A program made the position numbers and the translations under genes. DNA of 32,097 bases from Coriobacteriales bacterium (GTDB lineage: Bacteria; Actinomycetota; Coriobacteriia; Coriobacteriales; UBA8131). The DNA lies in the NCBI GenBank assembly GCA_031286245.1, contig JAITUO010000127.1, positions 1 through 32,097 of the forward strand. Reading direction: 5' to 3'. Positions 24,264 through 32,097 of the stretch are shown here, piece by piece (the stretch's first letter is position 1; the number at the start of each line of letters is the position of its first letter). The notes beneath the pieces are model-generated. The model saw only the letters and a list, made by a program, of their open reading frames with translations. It did not search any database and had not been told where the DNA came from.

Positions 24264-25101
24264 AGTAACCGCTGTCACCAAGAGGTTCGGTCGGACAACA
24301 GCAATCGATCGTCTCTCATTGGAGATTTTAGAGCAAGGAATCTATAGCCTGCTTGGCAGGAATGGAGCCGGTAAAACAACTTTAATGAAGCTTATCGCAG
24401 GACATATCGCTGCCTCCAGCGGAATAATCACTGTCGATGGTAAGACTGTGTCTACCAGCCGGATGCCAGAGAGTGTTAGTTTCATTGAAAGCGGTTCAAT
24501 TCAGTTCAACATGAGTGTATCAGCCTTGATTAATGCTGCGGCAGAGTTGTCCTACGGATTCGACCTGGATTTTGCCCTGGAGATGGTAAACCGGTTTGAT
24601 CTGGATATGAGCAAGAAGTTCAAGCAACTGTCGTTTGGTATGAAAACCATGCTGACCACCATCATTACCTTGGCTAACAACTCAAGTGTCATCCTGCTCG
24701 ATGAACCGACTTTAGGGTTTGATGCAATTCTGCGCAATGATTTCAATACCCTTTTACTTGAGAGTTACCATAAAAACCCCCGAATCCTGATTGTCTCCAC
24801 ACATCTTATTGATGAAATAGCCAAAGTAACAGAACGTCTGATCATCATCGATAAAGGCCGAATTCTTATAGAAGCTGGCATCAATGACATCGACGAAAGG
24901 GCATATGTGTTGTCCGGACAGACCAAGCATGTCTTGCCATTACTTGACGGGTTGAACTGCATCGCTAAGACATCTGCTGGAAATATGATGGCAGCTTGTA
25001 TTTTCGACGAAAGAATCGTACCACCCGATTACGTGACAATAGAACGAATCGGCTTGCAAGATTTCTTTATAAATATCGTGGGAGGAAAAAGCAATGTATA
25101 A
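24256..25101 (+). CDS. ABC transporter ATP-binding protein (YtrB-like)
   Basis: ATG 24256 overlaps the GntR stop by 8 nt. It has Walker A GRNGAGKTT, a degenerate signature LSFGMKTM and Walker B VILLDEPT. Confidence 0.85.
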   Translation: MIKVTAVTKRFGRTTAIDRLSLEILEQGIYSLLGRNGAGKTTLMKLIAGHIAASSGIITVDGKTVSTSRMPESVSFIESGSIQFNMSVSALINAAAELSYGFDLDFALEMVNRFDLDMSKKFKQLSFGMKTMLTTIITLANNSSVILLDEPTLGFDAILRNDFNTLLLESYHKNPRILIVSTHLIDEIAKVTERLIIIDKGRILIEAGINDIDERAYVLSGQTKHVLPLLDGLNCIAKTSAGNMMAACIFDERIVPPDYVTIERIGLQDFFINIVGGKSNV

Positions 25102-25849
25102 GAAGATCTGGGCGATTGTAAAAATCAACTTTCAGAATTTGAAGATTCCTTATTTCGTGACCGGTCTGGTTTGTTTGGGTTTGTTTATTGAAAGTATTGT
25201 TTATACGATTATCGCTGCAGTCAGTGGACATGCTGGTAATCAAATGCAAACCAGTGCTGGGAATTATTTCTGGCTGTTGATGATCTTGGCTGCGATTTTC
25301 ATACCTACCAGGAATTTTCGTAGAATAGCCAATCTCGGCGGCAAGCGGATCCATTTCTTCTGGGGCAGCTTGGCCAGTTATGTATTACTCGCTCTGGCAG
25401 CGACTTGTGCTAATACATTGTTCTTTTATACATATGAACAATTCTTATTCTCTACCGGATACTTTGCCGGCTATGACGCGTTCGTCCAAAACCCTGCACT
25501 GATGGATACTCGAATAATTGTGGTTAACCTGATTGAACTCTTTGGCTGGAGCAAAAACGGGGTACTTTTTGTAGTTGTTCAGCAGTTTGTTTTTCTTTTA
25601 CTCCTGGCTGTTGTCGTCCACACCATTACTTCAATGCAAGACAAATGGTATGGCTGGGCTGTGGATTTATACATCGCCACAATACTTAGTACTTTTATCC
25701 CAATTGCTTCGTTACGGGTATGGTTGCTGGGCTTTTTTAACCTGATCATCTTTATTGGTAACCCACTGATCCAGATTTCGTTCTGTTTGTTGTTGGCACT
25801 TGTGATATACGTGATTAGTTGGCCGGTCATAATCCGAAAAGCTATTTAG
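25094..25849 (+). CDS. Integral membrane protein, probable permease partner of the YtrA-type ABC system
   Basis: 251 aa with about six hydrophobic helices. ATG 25094 overlaps the ATPase stop by 8 nt. I recognise no motif. Confidence 0.55.
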   Translation: MYKKIWAIVKINFQNLKIPYFVTGLVCLGLFIESIVYTIIAAVSGHAGNQMQTSAGNYFWLLMILAAIFIPTRNFRRIANLGGKRIHFFWGSLASYVLLALAATCANTLFFYTYEQFLFSTGYFAGYDAFVQNPALMDTRIIVVNLIELFGWSKNGVLFVVVQQFVFLLLLAVVVHTITSMQDKWYGWAVDLYIATILSTFIPIASLRVWLLGFFNLIIFIGNPLIQISFCLLLALVIYVISWPVIIRKAI

Positions 25850-25948
25850 CAGTTTTCGTTTCGTGCTTCTGGGCTACCCCTTGGCGGCTGGCAATCAAGC
25901 TCCTCTTTTTCAGTGGTAAACTGGTTATAGACAACCGAGGAGGCTGAA

Positions 25949-26956
25949 ATGCAGACCGCTTTAATCTTAGAAATACTGGAAGTCGCTGAAAAAGCTGCCA
26001 TAGCTGCTGCCGCTTACAACGGGCGGGGAGATAAACACACCGCCGACCAAGTCGCTACCGAAGCAATGCGGGAGGCTTTTAATGCAATTAGCTTTGCTGG
26101 CCGTATTGTGATCGGAGAAGGTGAGCGTGATGAGGCACCGATGCTTTTCATCGGTGAGCAGGTCGGCTCTGGTTGGCTTGACTCCACTGAGCCAATCGAA
26201 CAGTATGACATCGCTGTAGACCCGCTTGAGGGCACCAATCTTTGTGCCTATAATCGCCCGAATGCTTTAACTACAATCGCAGTTGCTCCCCGGGGAACAC
26301 TGCTTTATGCTCCAGACACCTATATGTGGAAGCTGGCTGCCGGAGCTGCTGCAGCAGCTACTGCTGCAACTGGCGCATTACATATTGATAATCAACCATC
26401 TGACAATATCGCAGCAGTGGCTTCAGCGCTCGCCAAGCCAGTCTCTGAAGTCAACGTCTGTATTCTCAAACGTGACCGCCATAATGATCTGATCGCTGCT
26501 GTCAGAGCGACCGGCGCTCGGATCCGACTGATAGACGACGGCGATGTTTTTGGTGCGATTGCTACTGCAGTACCTGGCACCGGAATCGATCTCTACATGG
26601 GATCGGGCGGAGCTCCGGAAGGAGTCCTGGCTGCTACCGGCCTGAAAGCCATTGGAGGCTTCCTCATGGGACGTCTGGACTTCTCACTCGATAAAGATGG
26701 TGTGGAGAAGCGCCAGCGAGCAAAAACCTTGTCGCAAGTCGATCTGGATTCCCCATTACTAATGAATGACCTGGTGGGTACCGATGATGCTGTTTTCATC
26801 GCTTGTGGAGTCACTGATGGTGAAATGCTGGCTGGAGTACACATTGACACTTCCGGCAGTATCAGTACCAGCTCGGTGATAATGAATGCCGCTGATTCCA
26901 GTGTACGGTTCGTGCGAACTATCCGCCGCGGCAGCTCTGGTGTAATTGGGTTTTAG
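25949..26956 (+). CDS. glpX: Fructose-1,6-bisphosphatase class II (GlpX)
   Basis: 335 aa with GRGDKHTADQVATEAMR, IGEGERDEAPML, DIAVDPLEGTN, RDRHNDLI, RLIDDGDV and GSGGAPEGVLAA. RBS GAGGAGG. Confidence 0.9.
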   Translation: MQTALILEILEVAEKAAIAAAAYNGRGDKHTADQVATEAMREAFNAISFAGRIVIGEGERDEAPMLFIGEQVGSGWLDSTEPIEQYDIAVDPLEGTNLCAYNRPNALTTIAVAPRGTLLYAPDTYMWKLAAGAAAAATAATGALHIDNQPSDNIAAVASALAKPVSEVNVCILKRDRHNDLIAAVRATGARIRLIDDGDVFGAIATAVPGTGIDLYMGSGGAPEGVLAATGLKAIGGFLMGRLDFSLDKDGVEKRQRAKTLSQVDLDSPLLMNDLVGTDDAVFIACGVTDGEMLAGVHIDTSGSISTSSVIMNAADSSVRFVRTIRRGSSGVIGF

Positions 26957-26994
26957 TCTTTTCACAGACTCCTGCACTGTCCGCCTCAACATAG

Positions 26995-27070
26995 CGCTCG
27001 CTGCCCCTCTTACCGCTCACTGCCCCTCTTACCGCTCACTACCCCTCTTACCGCTCACTACCCCTCTTGC
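26995..27070. repeat. 4 x 19-bp tandem direct repeat
   Basis: Units at 26995-27013, 27014-27032, 27033-27051 and 27052-27070, with consensus cgctcac(t/c)(g/a)cccctcttac. The array ends inside a possible -35 (TTGCAT, 27067-27072). Confidence 0.95.
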
Positions 27071-27104
27071 ATTTGTATTTATGCTAGAGTAATCAAATAG
27101 ATTT

Positions 27105-27195
27105 TCCTTCGGGAGTCGTAGATACGGCTGAGAGGCGATTTTTTATCGCGACCGAAACAAGCGTTCCGGTAATGCGGGGCGGCAAAGGAGAGGCC
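27105..27195 (+). promoter_or_regulatory. TPP (THI-box) riboswitch
   Basis: GGGAGUCG..CGGCUGAGA (CUGAGA at 27128-27133), P3 hairpin gcgat/atcgc (27135-27149), GACCG, UCCGGUAAUGCGGG (the UAAUGC pyrimidine-sensor loop) and GCAAAGGAGA overlapping the RBS. It lies directly upstream of thiT-thiN. Confidence 0.7.
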
Positions 27196-27792
27196 ATGCA
27201 ACATCAACACATCCAAACCATAGTAGAAACAGCACTTTGTGTAGCGCTGGCGGTTGTCTTGAACTTCATTGCCATGCGATTGCCGATCAATGTAGCTGGT
27301 GGATCGATATCTATGACCATGCTGCCAATTGCTATTCTGGCCCTGCGTCGCGGTTGCATTGCTGGTGGAGCAGCCGGTACTTTGTTTGGGCTGCTTGATT
27401 TGTTAATAGAACCATTTATTCTGGTTCCAGCCCAGGTGCTATTGGACTACCCTGTGCCGTACCTGCTCTTCGGCATGGCGGTCGGAGGCTTCAGCAAACT
27501 GTATAAAAACCTCTCGATCATGCCCCCGGATTCTACTTCAACCGATCAGCCTCGCCAGCTTGCCATACCTGCTCTGCTGCTGGTTGTTTCTCTGCTGACC
27601 GGCGGTGCCTTGAGGTATGTTTGCCATGTGTTTTCAGGTGTGCTGTTCTTTGCAGAGTATGCGGGCGGGCAAAATGTCTGGATTTACTCTTTGGTCTACA
27701 ATGTCAGTTATCTGGGGCCTTCTTTGTTAGCTTCCATACTCTGTGTGTTGATCCTGATGCCAATTCTGGATAAAGCAGTGCCTGTACGTTAA
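27196..27792 (+). CDS. thiT: Thiamine transporter ThiT (ECF S-component)
   Basis: 198 aa from ATG 27196 with RBS AAAGGAG. It has six hydrophobic helices and the N-terminus IVETALCVALAVVLNFI typical of ThiT. It sits behind a THI-box and before a thiamine pyrophosphokinase gene. Confidence 0.8.
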   Translation: MQHQHIQTIVETALCVALAVVLNFIAMRLPINVAGGSISMTMLPIAILALRRGCIAGGAAGTLFGLLDLLIEPFILVPAQVLLDYPVPYLLFGMAVGGFSKLYKNLSIMPPDSTSTDQPRQLAIPALLLVVSLLTGGALRYVCHVFSGVLFFAEYAGGQNVWIYSLVYNVSYLGPSLLASILCVLILMPILDKAVPVR

Positions 27793-27832
27793 TATCGGAA
27801 GTCTCAAACTTGCTGCATAGAAAGGACTTCAT

Positions 27833-28528
27833 GTGGATAAAACCGATACGCGGTTTGTGATGCTTGTCTCTGGTTCACCGGTTGGCGCCACTTCGGAACT
27901 GCTTTGGCAGCTTGCCGAAGGTATGAGCTTTATCGTAGCTGTCGATTCTGGTGCTGAATGGTGCTCAGCTGCTGGTTTGATACCGGATTTACTAGTCGGT
28001 GATATGGATTCAATAAGCCCAGCTGTCCGCGCCGCTTTTGCTGAGCAGGAAGTTGAAGAGATCGCACTTTCTCCTGAAAAAGACGCTTCGGATTTCGAAC
28101 TGGCATTAGAAGAGGTGCTCCGCCGTGGCTATACTGACCTGGTCGCAACTAATGTTTTAGGCGGTCGACTTGACCATGAACTGGCAGCACTCGGCAATTT
28201 AGCTACCTGCGGTGAACAAGGTCTGGCAATCACAGTAGTCGAACCTACCCAGACGCTGGTGTTTATGAACAACCCTGGTGTCCGACAGATGCTACGTCTC
28301 AATTATGGTGATGATATCAGTCCAGAAGACAGTCCGTTAGTCTCTCTCATTCCCTGGGGAGGCCCGGCTACTGTCAGTTTAACCGGTTTCCAATGGGAAT
28401 TGGATCATGCCGTTTTAAGTCCAGCTAAGTCTCTAGGAGTCTCAAATAAACTGGTGTCAGAGTCATCGCTGGTCGAATTACATCAGGGGTCGCTAATTAT
28501 TGTCGTCCAAGCCCCTGGACATAAGTAG
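27833..28528 (+). CDS. thiN: Thiamine diphosphokinase (thiamine pyrophosphokinase)
   Basis: 231 aa with a GTG start behind AAAGGA. Motifs are VAVDSGA, GDMDSI, EKDASDFELAL and a C-terminal thiamine-binding beta domain. Confidence 0.8.
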   Translation: MDKTDTRFVMLVSGSPVGATSELLWQLAEGMSFIVAVDSGAEWCSAAGLIPDLLVGDMDSISPAVRAAFAEQEVEEIALSPEKDASDFELALEEVLRRGYTDLVATNVLGGRLDHELAALGNLATCGEQGLAITVVEPTQTLVFMNNPGVRQMLRLNYGDDISPEDSPLVSLIPWGGPATVSLTGFQWELDHAVLSPAKSLGVSNKLVSESSLVELHQGSLIIVVQAPGHK

Positions 28529-28550
28529 TTTGCAGGGCTTGATTGGCTGG

Positions 28551-28570
28551 AGCCAGGAGGCCTGGTTTTC
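28551..28570 (+). terminator. Weak intrinsic terminator between convergent thiN and the LuxR gene
   Basis: ccagg (28553-28557), loop agg, cctgg (28561-28565), then TTTT (28566-28569). The stem is short. Confidence 0.3.
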
Positions 28571-28581
28571 TCCCCACTTAG

Positions 28582-30243
28582 TTAGAACTCGACCAGATCG
28601 ATCAGTTCTTGTTGGGTGTGGACATCGAGTTTCAAGTAAATATGCTTGACATGGGCTTTGATCGTGTTGTATGAAACCATCAGTTCATTTTGGATAAACA
28701 CGCCTGACCTTCCCTTGGCTAAAAGCTTAAAGATTTCAGTTTGGCGTTTTGTCAGATTATGCTGTAAAGCAATGGTGTCACATTTTCGATCGAAGCTATC
28801 GATCTCGACTGGACTTTCCAGTCGGTGGCGCACGACTGGCTGATGATGCTCGATGACTTCGGCGATAGTTTTGTCGAAGCTGAAGTCGCGCAGGAAGATT
28901 ATCGTGTAAGCGACCAGGGTCAGTGTCAAACCTGCCACGATCAAGATCACAACCTGGTCATTGCTGGCCCAATAATGATTGGTAAAACGACCCAGGTTTG
29001 CTCCGCTGATGACTCCTACAACCAGGATCGCTGTGCCCCATGAAAAAGTTGAAATAGCATTGCGCCGGTTACGACGAGCCAGGGAGATCAACACGTAGTA
29101 ATTGAAGATCTCGAAGACTCCGATGCTGCAACTAAGCAGTCCATGGGTCACACTCAGCTTGATCACTTCATGGGCTGGAACCAGTAAAAACCCGGCAAGA
29201 GCAAACAAAAATGCAATGTTGAAGAGTCGATTCATACTCAACATAGAGCTGTTGATCATGACGACAATGAACAGGATTCCGACTGCTACCAGTCCCCACA
29301 CTGACTCTGTCGGGATGCCGTCGATTGCTCCGAAGGTCAGTATGAAACCATAGACGATCCGAAACAAAAAGAGGCAGATAAAGAGTTGATGCCCAAATGG
29401 CAGGTAGGAAGCTGGTTCGACGATCGAAGCTTCGATCGGCGAGACTCCCCCCTCGCTTTCAATCAGGGAAGCCTTGGCCAGTGGGTAGACAATCAAGGCT
29501 CCGATGATCAATGCGGAGGTGAAGATAAACAGTCGAATAACCGAATAACCAGCTGGAGCCAGATAGCGCATCTGGAATATCACTAGCTCAGCAGCAACTA
29601 TACAGATCAGAGTTCTTTTTGGAGACTGGCTGATCAGGCCCAGTCCAGTTACTACCATTGAGATGCCCATTCCTGATGTCAGCAGACAGGCTCCGATTCC
29701 CAAAACTATGACATTGCCAATGAAATCGCCAATGAATACCAGCATAACTCCTATGATCGTGCCGAAGAGTAAACCTGCTACTAACCAAATGCCATGTAGT
29801 TGCCTGGCTCTTCGAATGGAGAGCAAAGCGATCAGGATTAGGACTACTCCACTCGCTGCTGTACAGACTTCTCTCATGTTGAAGAAGTATTTGTCATAAA
29901 GTGGGAAAACCATGCTGTTGATGCTCCAATTTGTAAAAAACAAAAGCAGCATCGAGATCAAGCAGAGCACAAATGAGAGCAGGCTGTTGTTACTGATTTT
30001 GTTCGGAAGATTGTTCTTGGTCATCAGCGGCTGGTCATTGTTACTAGCTACTGTAGATGATCGGCTGTTGTTACTGGCCTGTGTCTTCGACAGGTTGTTG
30101 CGCCTTTCTGTCATCAATGAGAATAGGCCATCCAGACTGTTTCCCAGTCTGACTGTCAGTACCTCTGGCCCTACTCTTTGAGTGCCACCCGGTATTCTCC
30201 TCAAAAAGGGGATGACACAATGATCACCTCTCTTGAAAAGCAA
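28582..30243 (-). CDS. Membrane-embedded LuxR-family transcriptional regulator (multi-TM N-terminal sensor domain plus C-terminal HTH)
   Basis: About 10-12 hydrophobic helices followed by LTKRQTEIFKLLAKGRSGVFIQNELMVSYNTIKAHVKHIYLKLDV (LuxR/GerE HTH). The start is uncertain: TTG 30243 (track), ATG 30114 or ATG 30024. None has a clear RBS. Confidence 0.8.
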   Translation of the reverse strand: MLFKRGDHCVIPFLRRIPGGTQRVGPEVLTVRLGNSLDGLFSLMTERRNNLSKTQASNNSRSSTVASNNDQPLMTKNNLPNKISNNSLLSFVLCLISMLLLFFTNWSINSMVFPLYDKYFFNMREVCTAASGVVLILIALLSIRRARQLHGIWLVAGLLFGTIIGVMLVFIGDFIGNVIVLGIGACLLTSGMGISMVVTGLGLISQSPKRTLICIVAAELVIFQMRYLAPAGYSVIRLFIFTSALIIGALIVYPLAKASLIESEGGVSPIEASIVEPASYLPFGHQLFICLFLFRIVYGFILTFGAIDGIPTESVWGLVAVGILFIVVMINSSMLSMNRLFNIAFLFALAGFLLVPAHEVIKLSVTHGLLSCSIGVFEIFNYYVLISLARRNRRNAISTFSWGTAILVVGVISGANLGRFTNHYWASNDQVVILIVAGLTLTLVAYTIIFLRDFSFDKTIAEVIEHHQPVVRHRLESPVEIDSFDRKCDTIALQHNLTKRQTEIFKLLAKGRSGVFIQNELMVSYNTIKAHVKHIYLKLDVHTQQELIDLVEF

Positions 30244-30413
30244 ATCACCACACTTCCAGTGTAATTCCTTTTTACACTATTGAAAGGCATCTGTCTATTA
30301 ATTCCCTGCTTCATTTGCAGTTACTTTTTTTGATTGAGGGTTATCTAACGTGGAATACTACCCAATCTGGGTGATGCCAAGACAGGTAGTTTCTTTTAGT
30401 ATGCTCGGCAGGC

Positions 30414-30655
30414 ATAGGGATGAAGGGGAAGTAGGAGGGTCATTCATCCCTATCCCTGTAGGTGGTTGAGCAAAGAGGTGGCTTTAAGAATCAGCACCTC
30501 TCAAACATCAGCTTATCTGTCAAGGCTGAACCTGAGGCTTGATTCATTTGTCAAGGCTGACCCGAAGCCTGATTCATCCTGAAGCCCTTTAGACAGTCGC
30601 CCGCCTTAAGGGCTTCGCATAACTCAGACGCCGCCCGCGTTACCCGGGCGGCGTC
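30414..30655. other. Cluster of stable hairpins and a 30-bp tandem repeat in the LuxR/methyltransferase intergenic region
   Basis: Stems are 30414-30424/30443-30453 (11 bp), 30474-30480/30495-30501 (7 bp), 30581-30589/30608-30616 (9 bp) and 30627-30637/30645-30655 (11 bp, GC-rich). The tandem repeat tgtcaaggctga(a)cc(t/c)ga(g/a)gc(t/c)tgattcat is at 30518-30547 and 30549-30577. Confidence 0.85.
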
Positions 30656-30859
30656 GCCTAAGCACTGTTTCATGATATGTAGAGTACCTGCCTGAGAAGT
30701 AGCAGGTTTCTCCACATATGCACAATATAGGCTTAGGATAATACTATTTGACGTGCAAGATGGAGAAAGGTTCACGAAAAGCAGCCATATTGTTTATACT
30801 GACGCATTTAGAGGTGTTTGCGTTGATATCAAGGTTCAAAATCCATTAAGGAGGTAGTA

Positions 30860-31975
30860 ATGGACACAAAAGCACTGGCTGATCAACGTTTGGATCGCCT
30901 GATGAAAGCTGTTAGGCATGAAAAACCTGATCGCACACCGTTCATGGTGAACGGGAGTATCGCTTTTCTGAGGTATGTGGGATCAGAAAAGACCATTGCT
31001 GATTATGTTAACGATCCGATTGCAGCAGCAAAGGAAATACTGCCGGGCATCGCCAAGTTAGAGAATCTCGACATGGCAGATGGTATTGGTATGTGGCCGG
31101 GTACGATGGGGATGATTTGGTTCTGCAAAGTCAAGCTACCGGGGCGTGAGTTGGGTGTGAATGATCTTTGGCAGCTCGATGAGAAAGCCTTCATGACAAG
31201 AGACGATTATGATCAGATTCTGAATAACGGATGGGACTGGTATTTCAACGATGTTGTTTTCAATCGGCTTGGTTATACCATGGAGCAGCTGGAGTTCGGT
31301 GGTAAGGTCGGAATGGAAGTCGGCCAACTGACGGCTGAGGCAGGGTATCCAAATTGGGGAGCCGGTATCATGTACCAGAGCGTCATTGACAAGTTGACTT
31401 CTGGCCGCGGAACCGTTGGTTTCTTCCGAGATATCCGTGAAATCCCCGACAAGTTGAAAGCCGTCATCGAAGCGATGCTAGAGTCCGAACTGGGCAAATT
31501 AAAGCTGTCATTAAAAACCGCCAAACCTGGCTTGGTCGGTATGGTGACCCCAGCCATCCGCTGTACTTGCGACTATGTCTCTGAGGCAGTTTTTGAGGAG
31601 TTTGTCTGGCCAACGATGTACAAGGCGGCTGATCTGATGATTGAAGCCGGACTCCATGTCCTGTTCCATAATGATTCAAATTGGGATGATTTTCTGCATT
31701 TCTATACCCACTTCCCGCCTAGGACCTGTATTTATGATTCTGACGGCCAGACAGACATCTATAAGATCAAGGACATCTTGGGTGATCGGATGTGCCTGAC
31801 CGGTAATGTCTCTCCGTCACTTTTGACCTTGGGTACACCGGATCAGGTATATGACTTCTGCAGACAGCAGATTGAAGACATGGGTGATGCTTATATCATG
31901 AGCGGCTCCTGCTCACTACCGCCAAATACCTTGCCGGAAAACCTCGATGCGATGAACGCGGCCGTCGCCGGCTAA
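30860..31975 (+). CDS. Uroporphyrinogen decarboxylase (URO-D) family methyltransferase (MtaA/CmuA-like, corrinoid-dependent)
   Basis: 371 aa with strong RBS AAGGAGG. The N-terminus RLDRLMKAVRHEKPDRTPFM and overall layout are typical of URO-D-family methyltransferases. It is immediately followed by a corrinoid-protein gene. No H-x-C zinc motif is visible (candidate position reads HND). Confidence 0.7.
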   Translation: MDTKALADQRLDRLMKAVRHEKPDRTPFMVNGSIAFLRYVGSEKTIADYVNDPIAAAKEILPGIAKLENLDMADGIGMWPGTMGMIWFCKVKLPGRELGVNDLWQLDEKAFMTRDDYDQILNNGWDWYFNDVVFNRLGYTMEQLEFGGKVGMEVGQLTAEAGYPNWGAGIMYQSVIDKLTSGRGTVGFFRDIREIPDKLKAVIEAMLESELGKLKLSLKTAKPGLVGMVTPAIRCTCDYVSEAVFEEFVWPTMYKAADLMIEAGLHVLFHNDSNWDDFLHFYTHFPPRTCIYDSDGQTDIYKIKDILGDRMCLTGNVSPSLLTLGTPDQVYDFCRQQIEDMGDAYIMSGSCSLPPNTLPENLDAMNAAVAG

Positions 31976-32005
31976 TCGCTTTAATAGCTAGATTGGAGAT
32001 ATGAA

Positions 32006-32097
32006 ATGAGCACTAACCAAATCATCGTTCAGGCTTTAGCAGATCTGGATGAGGGCCTGTTATACGACGAAATCAAGAAATCTGTAGAAGCCGGCGC
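32006..32097 (+). CDS. Corrinoid (B12-binding) protein, N-terminal fragment cut by the window end
   Basis: ATG 32006 lies 8 nt after GGAG. MSTNQIIVQALADLDEGLLYDEIKKSVEAG resembles the N-terminal helical cap (B12-binding_2) of MtaC/MtbC-type corrinoid proteins. Confidence 0.55.
   Translation, partial: MSTNQIIVQALADLDEGLLYDEIKKSVEAG

Noticed and set aside
26995-27070. The 19-bp repeat array as a CRISPR array
   Set aside because: The repeats are directly adjacent with no spacers, there are only four units, and no cas genes are in the window.
30551-30775. 74-aa minus-strand ORF in the LuxR/methyltransferase intergenic region
   Set aside because: It has no RBS, it spans the hairpins and the tandem repeat, and its composition is unremarkable with no recognisable motif.
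30244-30859. A cobalamin riboswitch upstream of the corrinoid methyltransferase genes
   Set aside because: On either strand I could find neither a B12 box (..AGYCMGG.GACCKGCC-like) nor the GGGAA..GGTG.AA..CC core. GGGGAAGTAGGAGGGTCA at 30425-30442 is only a superficial resemblance. An Infernal scan would be decisive.

Overview
The window is a 32.1-kb bacterial chromosomal segment, all protein-coding plus cis-regulatory sequence. I saw no rRNA, tRNA or CRISPR array by eye. The gene content suggests a Gram-positive anaerobe: priA/def/fmt/rsmB with rpe nearby, a multi-pass membrane LuxR regulator, and corrinoid methyltransferase genes. That fits a Coriobacteriia-like actinobacterium or a Firmicute, but the taxon is a guess. 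Two housekeeping blocks (rpe, cysteine desulfurase, PHP phosphatase, lipid kinase and priA at 320-6695; def, fmt, rsmB and a TSCPD protein at 18047-21546) are separated by about 11 kb of accessory DNA. That DNA carries a 44-bp perfect inverted-repeat element and an MBL hydrolase. It also carries a visibly AT-richer lactococcin-972-type bacteriocin locus (precursor, DUF1430 membrane protein, ABC ATPase) and an ABC-2 exporter pair. A 1031-aa multi-domain surface adhesin with an atypical C-terminal membrane anchor and a Fic protein complete it. Downstream lies a decayed region (21.8-23.9 kb) with a promoter-equipped split small ORF, an IS30-like transposase remnant interrupted almost only by TAG codons, and a 28-bp-stem hairpin element. 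After that come a YtrA-type GntR/ABC operon, glpX, a 4x19-bp tandem repeat, a TPP riboswitch with thiT and thiN, and a membrane LuxR regulator. The window ends with a divergent URO-D-family methyltransferase and a corrinoid protein gene that is cut by the window edge. The points most worth a second look are these: (1) the bacteriocin gene's family-typical C-terminus sits in the -1 frame behind an A_AAT_TTT slippery/homopolymer site; (2) the long inverted-repeat elements; (3) the TAG-only interrupted transposase frame; (4) the LuxR/corrinoid methyltransferase locus with its highly structured 616-bp intergenic region. I found no clear new multi-gene defence-type system. All family assignments come from motif recognition by eye and need HMM or BLAST confirmation.
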